DNA from: Octopus sinensis
Taxonomy: Eukaryota
DNA length: 64,000 nt
Direction of reading: 5' to 3'
NCBI RefSeq assembly: GCF_006345805.1
Contig: NC_042999.1
Location: forward strand, 154,070,001-154,134,000
Under the pieces are notes generated by a model. That model worked only from the letters and a program-made list of their open reading frames with translations, was not told where the DNA came from and did no database searches. Made by a program: the position numbers and the translations under genes. Positions 24,925 through 37,589 of the stretch are shown one piece after another. Each line of letters starts with the position of its first letter. Position 1 is the first letter of the stretch.

Positions 24925-25872
24925 TGTGCATTTAATAGAAAGACTATATTAGATACACACATTTTCAGCATATTCAGAGTAAAAAATAGTTTTTAGTGCG
25001 TCGAACCATTTAAAATTGGCCCTGACTTTACATATAGGACCTAGGAGTGATCTTACGTTTTTGCTTTATGACACCACATAAAAAGCACCTGTGCTGGTGC
25101 CCATGTAAGTTCAGTGGTTGAGGTAAGTCGATTACAGAGACCCCAGTACTCAACTGGCTCTTATTTGGATGAAAGGCAAAGTCGACCTCAGCAGAATTTG
25201 AACTCACAATGTAAAGGCAGATGAAATGCTGAAGAGCTGGAACAGCCCTCCAGCTTTCCAACTCTGGTCAAACCGTCCGACTCATGCCAGCATAGAAAAT
25301 GGACATTCCATGAATGATAGTGATAATAATAGTAATAATAATGATGTCAAATTTTGGCACAAAGCTAGAAATTTTGAGAGAGGGGTAAGTCGATTACCTC
25401 GACCCCAGTATTGAACTGGTACTTATTTTATATGATGAAAGACCAAGTCAGCCATGACAGAATTTGAACTCAGAACCTGAAAATGGACAAAATGCTGCCA
25501 AACATTTCGCCTGAGAAGCTAACAATCCTGCCAGCTCTCCACCTTAGATAAAAAATTTAAAAAATGTAAAGTAATAATAATAATAATAAATCATACATGA
25601 CACATGCAGAAATAAATGACATGGAACTTGCTCTGTAGAGATGAAAATCCTACACAGAACATGCATCTTAAAAGAATAATGATAACGAAATAAAGTAAAA
25701 AGAAGAAAAAAGAAAGAAAATAACGGAACGATATTCAAGAATTTTTTTTTTTCAGTTTTTTTTTTTTTGAAAACATCAGTTTTTTTTTTAACAAGGAATT
25801 TGGTTTTTCAAACTAGATTGAGATGGAACAAAAAAGCATCTACCACGGAGATTTGGCTTGCACCTAACTTAC

Positions 25873-25920
25873 CTTATGCAGTTTATGCAGAGTGTTTAAC
25901 TCCGGCAGATCAAAATGCAC
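25873..25920 (-). CDS. Candidate 48-nt internal exon, phase 0-0, VHFDLPELNTLHKLHK
   Basis: Perfect donor AAG|GTAAGT; acceptor TCTTTTTTGTTCTCTTTCTGCATTTGGAAATCCTAG|; only frame 0 is open and the length is divisible by 3. Confidence 0.5.
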
Positions 25921-26489
25921 CTAGGATTTCCAAATGCAGAAAGAGAACAAAAAAGACAGCGGATTATGAACAAAAAAAAGGAACCGAATGTGTTTTTTTT
26001 TTAAATCAAGAGAAGTTCGGGAATGTATCTAAAACAGTTAACTTCTAAAAATAAAAATAAAAAGCCCCTTGCTTCCAATAAATCAAGCTATATTTCGCTA
26101 GATATTTATATTTTATAATTAAACAAAGAAAAAATTTGGAAGATCTCTAATTTAAATAATGCTAAGATACTCAAATTTATGTAAATTAATTCAAATTCTA
26201 TGCATTAAAAAATCCATCTCAAACTGTATTTAGTCTAAGGCACTAAGGAAGGTCTACCTATCTATCTATCTATCTATAAACATTTACATAAATTCAAAAG
26301 GTGAGCTGGAAAGCACATGATACTGAACGATTGGTTCCACACTATTCATATGCTTGAAGTGGTTTGACCACAGCCTTCCTAACTCGATAGTTAGGAACTG
26401 TACTATAATGAAAAGAAACAGAAATAATGCTGACGAAGGATGTCAGCTGCATCTGTTGCATAACAAGGCATTTAGGCTTAAGCCATTTA

Positions 26490-26644
26490 TGGGGGCTGTG
26501 TGGTAAGTAGCTTGCTTAACAACCACATAGTTCCGGGTTCAGTCCCACTGCGTGGCACCTTAGGCGAGTGTCTTGTACTATAGCCACAGGCCGACTAAAG
26601 CCTTGTGAGTGGATTTGATAGACAGAAACTGAAAGATGCCTGTC

Positions 26645-26686
<42 letters not shown>

Positions 26687-26875
26687 ATGTATGTGTTTGC
26701 TTGTGTGTCTGTCCTCCCACTATTGCTTGCTACGTCCCTGTAACTTAGCGGTTCGGCAACAGAAACCGATAGAATAAGTACTAGGCTTACAAAGAATAAG
26801 TATTAGATGTAGCTTTGTTTGACTAAAGGCAGTGCTCCAGCATGGTCACAGTCAAATGACTGAAACAAATAAAAT
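26490..26875 (+). mobile_element. SINE type A
   Basis: Consensus head, (TA)n and tail; followed directly by a type E copy at 26910-27160. Confidence 0.85.
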
Positions 26876-26879
26876 AAAA

Positions 26880-26911
<32 letters not shown>

Positions 26912-27205
26912 GTGCCGGTGGCATGTAAAAAGCACCATCCGTCCGTGGCTGTTTGCCAGCTCCGTCTGGCACCTGTGCGGGTGGCACATAAAAAGCACCC
27001 ACTACACTCACGGAGTGGTTGGCGTTAGGAAGGGCATCCAGCCATAGAAACACTGCCAGATCAGACTGGGCCTGATGCAGCCTTCTGGCTTCCCAGACCC
27101 CAGTTGAACCGTCCAACCCATGCTAGCATGGAAAGCGGACGCTAAATGATGATGATGATGATATATATATATACACATTATTTTAAGAAAGTTTTAAATC
27201 CTTAT

Positions 27206-27931
27206 TTAACCCTTTAGGACAGTTGTCTCCAACCTTTTTTATACTATGGACTGGTTTTATGCTGGACAATCTTTTCATGGACTAGTGGTGGTACATGTGT
27301 AATTTAAGTGCATTTCAATAAAGAGAACAATGATAAAAAGAGCAATTTATTAAAAGGAAGAATTTGTGTATAATCATTTGACGCTCATGTCTGAGCTCTA
27401 GCCTGGCCATACACCAGCATGCTTAGTTTCCCTGAATCAATGCCTATTACACTATTATAACATCAATATCAACTCACCATCATGTAGAATCAGTGGGAGC
27501 CCTTAGTTTGCTTCCGTGCAACTGGACATTCCCATCTGGGAGCAATGGGAGACAACGACACTCGAAATAGGTTCTTTATGTCTAGTTTATTTTGTAATTT
27601 TGTTTTGGTTATTGTCACTACAGAAAACCCTGCTTATTTCTTTGCGGCCCAGTAACAAATGGTCCATGGACCAGTACCGGTCCGCGGCCCAGTGGTTGGG
27701 GACCTCTGCTTTAGCGCAAAAATTACTCTGACAAATGTAAAGGTTATTTACGCATATTTTTATGAATTAATCATGTCTTGTGTCATAGATTTGAGATTTT
27801 GATGATGCTATTGTCTATATTTAGAATGACATTGTAGAGTAGGTGTGAGAGACTTGATCTGGCCAGTGTGAACATAAAACAGCAGGCATATTTGGGCCGG
27901 ATATGGCCCAGAAGAAATGCTAAGTGGTTAA
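27206..27931. mobile_element. piggyBac-type MITE family 2, split by a hAT insertion in its left TIR
   Basis: TTAACCCTTTAG at 27206; body resumes at 27709 CTTTAGCGC... and ends GCTAAGTGGTTAA. Confidence 0.75.
27220..27708 (+). mobile_element. Non-autonomous hAT-Charlie element, MER1A/Charlie3-like
   Basis: TIRs CAGTTGTCTCCAACC / GGTTGGGGACCTCTG; imperfect 8-bp TSD CTTTAGGA / CTTTAGCG; internal CAACTCACCATCATGTAGAATCAGTGGGAGCCC matches my recollection of MER1A. Confidence 0.8.
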
Positions 27932-28984
27932 ACTGATAACTTAAATTCTTGTGATGAAAATCATGTAGAGGAAATACAGTTCTAAATGCCTCGAGAAGTT
28001 CTACGGTTCACAACAGCATTTTATGTTCTGCAATAAAACAATGAGCAACTGGGTGAGAAATGCCTTCCTTAAAAATCTAGTGCCTATTCCTAACTACAAG
28101 GTGGAATGAGAGTCATTTCTAAGCACAAGAGAAAATTAGCACACGGAATCGCCATTGTCATTATCTTCTTTTAATGCCCATCTTTCATACTGGAAGAGGA
28201 TAGTTTGAGAGGATCCAACAGGTTGGAGGACTACATCACACACAAACGTGTGCTTTGGCATAGTTCCTGTGGTTCAATGTACTTCCTAACGCAAACCACT
28301 TTGCAGTGGGTGGTTTTATTTATGGTACCACCACTAGTTAGATCACCATGTCACTGGCAACCTGCAATCCCCTTCAAATGAGTGAGACTAGAGAGTATAG
28401 AGAAAGAGGCAGTTCTATACAAGATTAGACTATCTGAATGTGATTGATGCCAGGCCTGCCTGACCGGCTCCTTAGGAAGGGCATTAAGCTGTAGAAACTT
28501 TGCCAGATCAGGTTGGAGCCTGGTGCAGGTGCTGGTTCTCGAGACCTCAGCTAAACTGTCCAACCCACGCCAGCATGGAAAATGGATGTTAAATGATAAG
28601 GAGAGTATGAGTAAAGATGTTAGAAAAGACGGTTTGCTGAAGAGGGAATACATGGTCACTGGCACCATATAAGAATGGGTGGGAGTAATTGGGGTGGAGC
28701 TGGAAAGAGAAATAATGGTGGTAGTGGTGAAGAGGTGTTGGGTGGACCTATGACAGAAAAGGAGGAGGGGTAGATAAAGGGAGAGGGAAGGGTGGTTAGC
28801 AATGAGATGAGAGGAGAAAAAGAGTGACTCATTGTACCAAAATGACTTGGATATATGTTGCCCTGCACATGTATGAGCAATAATTTCTAAATGTTTAAAT
28901 AATGAAACATCAGATGCACGCACGCACTCCTGTTAGAGCATTACTTTTTTTTCTTTCTCAAATACATATATTCGTTCATTCTTT

Positions 28985-29290
28985 TACTCTTAGAGCAACA
29001 ACCCCCAACTACAGACTTGGTCACCAAGGTAGTGGAAGCTATCAACTACTTCTAGTTTTTCCCACCAGGCATGTGATGGAATCTGTTTTCTGTACATCTT
29101 CAGTATTTATTGCCCCTGCACACAAAAATTATTTTCCCGGTTAACCTTCCTTTGATATTGCTGCATCTTCTATGTGCCCATAGCTTACACCGGGTACATC
29201 ATATGGAGTTTCTACCCACGTCTTTTCTACAGATCAAGCAGGGCCATCTATCTGAAGGGGTTTGTGATTTGCCATCCTTCCTCCTGAGAC
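28985..29290 (-). pseudogene. RTE LINE ORF2 fragment
   Basis: Translates RWPCLICRKDVGRNSI*CTRCKLWAH...EKLEVVDSFHYLGDQVCS, same family as 13225-13345. Confidence 0.8.
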
Positions 29291-29604
29291 TTATATATAT
29301 ATTGTGTATATACACACAAATACACACACACACACACATATTTAAACATTGAATACTGTGGTTCCAAACAACCACAACACTGAAATGTATGTACAAAACA
29401 CAATGTAAATTTGTCTTTCCTGTAATTTCTCCTACATTTATTTAGTATACCATAACCAGTATTACAATGGAAGATGATGATAATCTACATGGAACTCTAA
29501 ACTTAACACTAACAGTCATACATCTAACTATAAACACAAAATACATACACACACACACACACATCATCATCATTTAACGTCCGCTTTCCATGCTAGCATG
29601 GGTA

Positions 29605-29639
<35 letters not shown>

Positions 29640-30327
29640 CCAACCAAACTATCAGATGTTACACATCACTGATCACAATGTGTTTTGCATTATTTTAGCC
29701 TTCTAATGATGCCACACTCCTGGCTGGGCAAGCAAACCTACATCTCCTCCTGATTGAAAAGGGGACTAGAGCAGCATAAAAAAGTGTTTTGCTCAAAAAC
29801 ACATGCCACCCGGTCTGCGAACTGAACCCATGATCCAGCAATCACAAGCTCAACAGCCTGACCACTAGGCTATGTACCTTCATACACACAGATAGATATG
29901 TCATAGAAGTGTTAAAAACCACGACTAGTACTCAATTTGGGGAATTTTTCATGAAGCTGTTGAAGTGTACAGATTTTAATTCTTACAGCTGAAGTTGTAG
30001 AAAAATTGGACAAACTGTCGCAATCTCATACATTTCTCGTACATTATTAGAATTCTAAGATGATTTTTAACAGCACAATAGAAAAATATGTGACAGAAAA
30101 CTTGATGGAGAGTTCTCGTTAGAGTATGAGAGTGAATGTGATTTAATCTGGTCAGCTGGCTGCATCTATGCTTGACACTTATCTAATCAGTCAGTCATTT
30201 TGGAATGAAAATGTATGACAATGGAGAACAATAACAAAATGGCAAATAAAACATGCTTTTTTCTGATTGGTTAATACAGATCTCATATTGGTGTCATGCT
30301 ATTTCAACAGTTCAGATACTTTATGTA

Positions 30328-30515
30328 CAGTAATTCCTCGCCATGTCACGGCTTAATATTTAAGCTTATGTCGATTCCCCCGTGGTGTAGTTTTGCCATT
30401 ATGATAAAATATATACAAATTATAAAAATTTAAAAAATATACAGTACTGTTTCTACTTTCACCTATCGCAGGGGGGTTTCGGAATGTAACACCCTTGATA
30501 GTCATGGGGTTACTG
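30328..30515. mobile_element. Tc1/mariner-superfamily (Tigger-like) MITE
   Basis: TA-CAGTAATTCCTCG ... GGGGTTACTG-TA; internal TATACAGTACTGT. Confidence 0.65.
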
Positions 30516-30849
30516 TATACATGAAATGAGATAAAACGCTTTCAGGAAAATCAAAGAGCAAGCAGGGGGTTTTAATCATATAGACCAGTGGTTCTCAACA
30601 GGAATTCCATATAGCACTTGGGGGTTCGTATAAGATTTTGTTAAAAACCATGAGCAATAAATTGGTTTGACTCCTACAATACACATAATAATAATAATAA
30701 TAAACGATCCTTTCTCCTGGAGGTACAAGGCCTCATATTTGTGGGGAGGGAAGTAGTCAATTACATCGAACCCAGTGTTTCACTGGTACTTAATTTATTG
30801 ACCCTGGAAAGATGAAAGGCAGAATTTGATAATAATAATTATAATAATA

Positions 30850-31380
30850 AATGCCCTGATGCAGCACCAGGCAGTGGCTCTCATAGCTTCTTATCTTAAG
30901 TGACTGGAAGTGTTATCATGTATAAAAGATGTTATCTTGGTATAAAAGATGGACTACAGCAAATATTCAGCTCAATACCTCAGATTTGCTTGTCAGTTGT
31001 TTGACCATAACCAGTTGAGCATCTTTGGTGGCGGACAACATGTACATCTTTGGTCACGAGCATCATAGCCATATGTTGAGAGGAATTCTTTGGGGTTTGG
31101 ATAATTCACTTTTTGAAACATGGGTATTTTGTTCAACATCCTTAAACAATCATTATTCAGGGACCTTTTTGAGTGAGATGGGCTACTCGACCTGAAGAAG
31201 ATTTTAACTGGACCTCACCTGCAATGTCATGCACTGTTAATCTTGATATGAAATCACTCTGTCACAAATATATGGTTGTGATACATGTGCCTGGTGTACC
31301 CTTATCAGATGCGTAGTCTCATTGGGTATATTGGGCTTCATATATTTTACCTCAGTGTATTTTTGATGGCATGCACTGCT
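30850..31380 (-). mobile_element. Unclassified interspersed repeat with (ATT)n tail, probably a non-LTR 3' end
   Basis: Bounded by (AAT)n at 30820-30850; no ORF; family recognised only from memory of octopus repeats. Confidence 0.4.
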
Positions 31381-32645
31381 CTCTCACTCATTAATAATAC
31401 AGATGTGGCAGATACTGGCGTCACACAAATTGGCACCTGTGCCAGAGGTATGTAAACGCACTCTGGTGTCATGCCGGTGGCACATAAAAACACCTGTTAC
31501 ACTCTTGGAGTGGTTGGTGTTAGGAAGGGCATCCAGAAAACTATGCCAAATGAGACTGTCAGCCCTGGTGAAACCGTCCAACTCATACCAGCATGGGCGC
31601 AGATGTTAAAGGATGATGATGATGATGAATCTAGGTGTATTGCAAGAATCGGCATTACTTAGAACTGCACACATATTGCGTAAAGTACTGTCTGTCTGAG
31701 GTCCTTGTTGTGACTTGATAAACAGTACAAACCCCCCAGTAGGCCCAATATCTTCAATCAACAACATCAGATATTGTATACTGTGCGTCTATAATAATAA
31801 TAATTCCAAATTTTGGTACAATGCCATCAATTTTAAAGGGAGAGGAATAATTGATTACATTGACCTCTGTGCTTACCCAATAACAACAACAGTTGATTTG
31901 CACACAAAGCTAGAAATTTTGAGAAGCAGCTTAGTTGATTATATTGGCCCCAGAACTGGGCTAGTACCTTATTTTATTGATGTTGAAAGATTTAATTGTA
32001 AATTTGACCAGGGCTTTAAATGAAAAGAGCCACAAGAAATTGTTCTAAGTCCATTGCAGTTATGATTCAGCAAACTCACCATTTCTATCATAAAGATAAT
32101 TCTTTCTACTATAGACACAAGGCCTGAAATTTAGAAGGGGTGGGGTCTTGTTGATTACATTGACCCCAGTACTCAACTGGTACTTTTTTCCTCAACTCTG
32201 AAAGGATGAAAGGCAGAGTCAACATTGGTGGAATTTGAACTCAGAACGTAAAACCAGAGGAAATGCTTCAAAGGATTTTGTAGACGTTACCAGTTTTCAA
32301 TCAAACTGTCCAACCCATGCCAGCATGGAAAGCAGACAGTAAATGATGATGATGATGCTAATAATTCAGCCAGCTCCCTGCCTTATAAGAGAAGCACTGT
32401 TAGTTAGGACAAGTGTTCCCATTGATCCAATCAATGGAGCAGCCTGCTCATGAAATTAACATGCAAGTGGCAGAGTGCTCCACAGACATGCATACCCTCA
32501 ACCTAGTTCTAAAGAAAACTCAGTGCAACACAGTGTGCAACAAGGCTGGTCCTTTGAATTAAAGGTGCAACTTATTTTTGCCAGCTGAGCAGACTGGGTC
32601 AATGTGAAATGATGCTTTCTTCCTCAAGGACACACTGTGCAACAG

Positions 32646-32758
32646 CAGTGGCTCCTAACCTGTGGACCATAGGTGACCCACAAAGGTAGTACTGGGGGTC
32701 TCTGAACTAAATTCCAAATTTCATTTATATATAAATATATATATATATATATATACAT

Positions 32759-32803
<45 letters not shown>

Positions 32804-33194
32804 CACATATATATATATACACATATATATATATATACACACATATATATATATATACACCCAGTGGCACATTAAAAAGCACCATTCGAGTGAGACCAAT
32901 ACCAGTGCCGTCTAACTGGCCCCCATGCTGGTAGCACATAAAAAACAACCACTACACTGTCGGGGTGGTTGGCATGCAGAAGGGCATCCAGCTGTAGAAA
33001 CCTTGCCAAATCAGATTGGAGCCTGGTGCAGCCTCCCGGCTTGCCGGTCCTCCGTCAAACCATCCAACCCATGCCAGCATGGGAAGCAGACAAACGATGT
33101 TGATGATGAAGGAGAAGCATATTAAAAGGGGGTCGGTGAGAAAACTCATTTAAATAAAAAGGGTCCTTGGTAGTGAAAAGATTGGGAACTACTG
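32646..33194. mobile_element. hAT-like MITE interrupted by (TA)n and a type E copy
   Basis: Imperfect TIRs CAGTGGCTCCTAACC / GATTGGGAACTACTG; TSD not resolved. Confidence 0.5.
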
Positions 33195-33382
33195 TGCTGC
33201 AAGGAATCACAATCACAACAATGAGCGAAACATCAAAACTTTATAATAATGCTTAAAGCAGAATACATATAAAGTGGAATATTGAGCATGTAAGTTCAAA
33301 AAGGTTAAAAACTCTGAATATGCAACAGAATGATGAAGATGAAAATTCTAAAGAGGTTAAATGGAGGATGGTTATGTTTTTA

Positions 33383-33439
33383 GAATGGTTGTAATATTAA
33401 TTCTTGGCTTGGAACCAAAATAACCCATTGCAACACTTC
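33383..33439 (+). ncRNA. Candidate pre-miRNA-like hairpin, copy 1
   Basis: 57-nt bulged stem-loop; paralog at 34316-34372 differs at 7 sites, 6 of them structure-compatible. Confidence 0.3.
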
Positions 33440-34315
33440 ATTTTTTTGATATTGTAATCAGAAAAATGAATCAAGAAACAAATCTATTTCACATGTAAAC
33501 TAAGAGGTGTAGACGTCGCTGTGAGAATTTTGCTTCCCAACTACATGGTTGTGGGTTCAGTCCCACTGTATAGCAGCTCGGGCAAGTGTCTTCTATTATA
33601 GGCTGGGCCAACCAAAACTTTGTGAGTGGATTTAGTAGACGAAAACTGAAAGAAGCCCATTGTGTGTGTGTGTGTGTATGTAATATCTATGTGTGCGTGT
33701 AATAACTGTGCATGTGTATGTATATGTCCACCACCACTAAGCTTGTCATCTCATGCTGGTGGCATGCAATAAGCACTATTCATGCGTGGGTCATTGCCAG
33801 CACTGCCTGACTGGCTCCCCGTGCCGGTGGCATGTAAAAAGCAACATGGTCAATGCTAGCCCCTCTGCCCTGACTGGCTCCTGTGCTGGTAGGACATAAA
33901 AGGCACCATCCCAACGTGGCCATGGTCAGTGCTACCTGACTGGCACCTGTGCTGGTGGCATGTAAAAAGCACCCACTACACTCATGTTGGTTAGCGTTAG
34001 AAAGGGCATCCAACTGTAGAAGCCTTGCCAGATCAGATTGGAGCCTGGTGAGGCCTCCTGGCCTGCCAGTCCCCAGTCAAACTGTCTAATCCATGCCAGC
34101 ATGGAAAACAGAAGGATGATGATGATGATATGTGCATGTGTGTCTTTGTCTATGTGTTTATCCCCGTAATTTAACTGTTCAGCAGAAGAGATCAATAGAA
34201 TAAGGGCCAAACTTTAAAAAAAATAAGAAAAAGCACTAAAACCCCTTCAAGGTGGTGTCCCAGCATGGCTACAATCAAACGATGGCACGGTAAAAAAATA
34301 CCAAATACGTATTTA

Positions 34316-34372
34316 GAATAGTTGTAATATTGATTCTTGGTTTGTAACTAAAATAAGCCACTGCAACACTTC
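34316..34372 (+). ncRNA. Candidate pre-miRNA-like hairpin, copy 2
   Basis: 50/57 identical to copy 1; G-U wobbles favour the + strand. Confidence 0.3.
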
Positions 34373-35109
34373 AGCTTGTAGATTAGTGTCATTAGAAAAA
34401 TAAACAAACAAATAAATATATAAATAAACCTCAAACAAACTAATTGCTAGAAATTTAATTAACATTTGGAACTATTTTTACCAAAATTACAAGAATTTCT
34501 AATTCAAGGTAAGAATATTTTTACTGAAAACGTGTTTAGACAATATAACAAAAGCAGATATTTAAAGACAGGACTGATTGCAATCAACCTTGTCATTCAT
34601 CATTATTCTAATTAGCAGTCAATAATACTAAGAGTTCAAATAATCAGTTCATCACTTGTGTGTCATTGTCTTAATTATATCTTTAATTGTGGAAAATGAA
34701 GTGACAGAATCTAAATGAAAGTGAAAACATGAAACCATTTCCAATACATTACGGCTTTATATTATACACACTCACATCATCATTTAACATCTAACGTCCA
34801 TGCTGACATGGGTTGGATGGTTCGACAGAGTCTAGTGAGTCGGAGGAACGCACCAGGCTCCAATGTTTATTGTGGTTTATAACACTGGATGCCCTTTCTA
34901 GTGCCAACTGTTTTACACAGTGCACCAAGTACTTTCTGAATGATGCCAGCACTAGTGAAGGTCACCTTATAGCTTACAAGGCTAAAAGCAGAAACCAACC
35001 CCTTTGACTGAGATGAAAGATGGCAATGATTCTAAGCAAGGAGGAGATGATGGAAGGTGAGAGAAACAGCATGGCAGTGTGGTTAGAAGTTTCGTTTACA
35101 ACTACATGG

Positions 35110-35310
35110 CTCGTCTGTATCACTAGCGATTTTTTCCCCCGGTCTTCCCTTCTCGGGATCTTTCCTTCTCCTATGTTTCCGACAAAGAGCTCCGCTCGAA
35201 ACGTCAAACCCTCCTTCTTCCCTTAGCGTCCAATAATACTTTATTTGTTCCACGTCCTTGCGTTGTTGTTTTTTTTGTTTTTGTTTTCTTGTTTGGATTA
35301 ACTTTATATA
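35110..35310 (+). mobile_element. Penelope-like element fragment with a degenerate minimal hammerhead motif
   Basis: GTTT-CCGACAA-A-GAGC(TCC)GCTC-GAAA-CGTC-AAAC at 35175-35209; ends in TA/CA microsatellite. Confidence 0.6.
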
Positions 35311-35814
35311 TATATACACACACACACACAACACACACACACACACACCACACACACACACACACAACTGGTCCTGAAACGGTCCTGGCTTTAAGGGTAT
35401 CATGAAAGACCTGGTTGAAGGGCCAACCTTCCGAGTTCATTTACAGAACTTAGAAAAACTGAAGGTCCACTGAAATAAGTGTGTGAATCTGAGAGGAGAA
35501 TATGTTGAATAAAACAATAATTAAATGATTCTCCCATATTTTCTTTTACCCAAAACAGGAATTTTCCAGCACCCACTCATATATATAATGCTAATCTAGG
35601 AAAGAAAAACACCCAGTATCTTCTGTAAAGAGATAAGCATCAGGAAAGGCATCTAACCCTAGAAACTATGCCAAAGCAGATACTGGAGTTCATTACAGTC
35701 CTCTGGCCCATCAGATCCTATCAAACCATTCAGCTCATGACAGCATGGAAAATCAACATTAAATAATGACAAGTGAGACCGCAGCAACGCATGTTCGGCC
35801 CTGTAAAGAACACC

Positions 35815-36165
35815 CTGATGCATTGGGCGATATGATATGCTTAAGAAGACCTGTTGAGTCAAGTAAAACCAATATTGTAGCTGTGGCCAGTGCCCCCTAA
35901 CTGGCTTCCGTGCCAGTGGCATGAAAAAGGCACCTACTGATCATGGCCGATGCCAGTACCCTGACAGGCGACTGTGCTGGTGGCGTGTAAAAAGCACCTA
36001 CTACACTCTTGGAGTGGTTGGTATTAGGAAGGGCATCCAGCTGTAGAAACACTGCCAGATCAGATTGGAGCCTGGTGCAGCCACTGGCTCTCCAGACCTC
36101 AGTCAAACTGTCCAACCCATGCCAGCATGGAAAACAGATGTTAAATAATGATGATGATGATGATA
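35815..36165 (+). mobile_element. RTE LINE 3' terminus running into the type E block
   Basis: GGGCGATATGATATGCTTAAGAAGACCTG (ORF2-end-like) directly precedes the E units and (GAT)n tail, linking type E to RTE. Confidence 0.6.
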
Positions 36166-36803
36166 AGGGTGATTAACCTTTTTCAAAACAAGGGAGATTT
36201 AATAATGAGCACTATTTAGTCAAATGTTGAAATGTACCATATGACAAAAAGGGAATTTAGAGATAGCACATTGCAGATGAAAATTACACCAGAATTTTTC
36301 TGAATACAGCAAATATTTTAAATCTGAACATTTGCTAATCACAATGAATATTAAAAAGCTGACGGATAAAATACAAGAAATATATAAGAGAGACAAATTT
36401 AAGCAAAGACTTTTTCATGACCACCACAACTGAAATGGATTAACCCTTGAAGATAAGAAGAACTGTGAGTAGAGAGGGCAGATAATTAACAAAGTCATGA
36501 AAGGAAATGAAAGGACTCTTAAAGAACCTAACTGACTGACCAAACAATTGGTTAAATGGTTAACTAGCTGACTAATAATGGTAGTGAAAGAAGTGAAATA
36601 GGACCAGTGTGTGTATTTATAGACATAATTACCCTCCCAAGATACAACAAAATCTATGATAACACAATCTTGCAAATCAAATACAAAAATAGGATACTGT
36701 AAAGAAATATAGAAAAATAATTAAACAATAATTAATCACTTATCTGAATACAGTGATGATAGACAAAGTAGCAGTTGTGTGTTCAGTGTTCAGTTTTTAG
36801 CAC

Positions 36804-36840
36804 ACTTACCTAAAAAATAAAAAGAAAATAGAAATTAAAA
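36804..36840 (-). promoter_or_regulatory. Candidate recursive splice site (acceptor immediately followed by a donor)
   Basis: Reverse strand TTTTAATTTCTATTTTCTTTTTATTTTTTAG|GTAAGT; junction 36810/36809. Confidence 0.45.
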
Positions 36841-37589
36841 TCATTTCAGTGATTTTTTTTTTTTCATAACTAAATATTTTTACTTCATCATCATCATTTA
36901 ACATCCGCCATCAACACTACTACTTTTAATAAAAGCATCAACTCTCCCTAGATTTCTTTGTCTCTCTCTCTCCCTCTTTTTCTTTCTCTCTTCACCACCG
37001 CCCTCACCATCTCTATGCCTACTATTACTCTCACCCAAACATGAGCAATAGTAGGAGTGTCAATGGCTAGTTAGAGAGGGGGGGTGGTCGAAGTGTGACA
37101 CACTGACACACAGAAATTAGTTTTCGCATTTATTACATTAGATAAGTTACCAAAATATTGCAAAACTTTTGACTGAGCACAATATAAATCAAAATAAATC
37201 TATGTCACAACAGAACACTCAGAGCTAAACGTTGGTTCCTTAACACTTTGTGGTCTCTTTGAAAGCATTTGTTTCCTCCTTTTTCAATACACAACTGTTA
37301 AGATTCATTCTGAACTATTCCCTACGGCATTTGGATGAAATTCCTCAATGAAAGAATTACGTTAAAATCAACCAAAATTTGAAGAAAGATCTTGGTTTGT
37401 GATTAGTTTGTAAAACAGAGGAAAGTGAGCTGCATGGGCAACGGAATGCTATTTTCGGATTTCCTATCAAGTTAAAATATACTTAATTAAATTCAAAAAT
37501 CGACTGCCACTATTTCATGCATAATTCTCAACAGGCTCTCAGGCGGCTTTAAAAGGTTTCCACTCTCCATTTTGTACAAGACAATTTTA

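Noticed and set aside
36415-36696. 93-codon - strand frame starting at a good acceptor
   Set aside because: F/Y/L/I-rich composition expected from a T-rich strand; no in-frame donor or motif.
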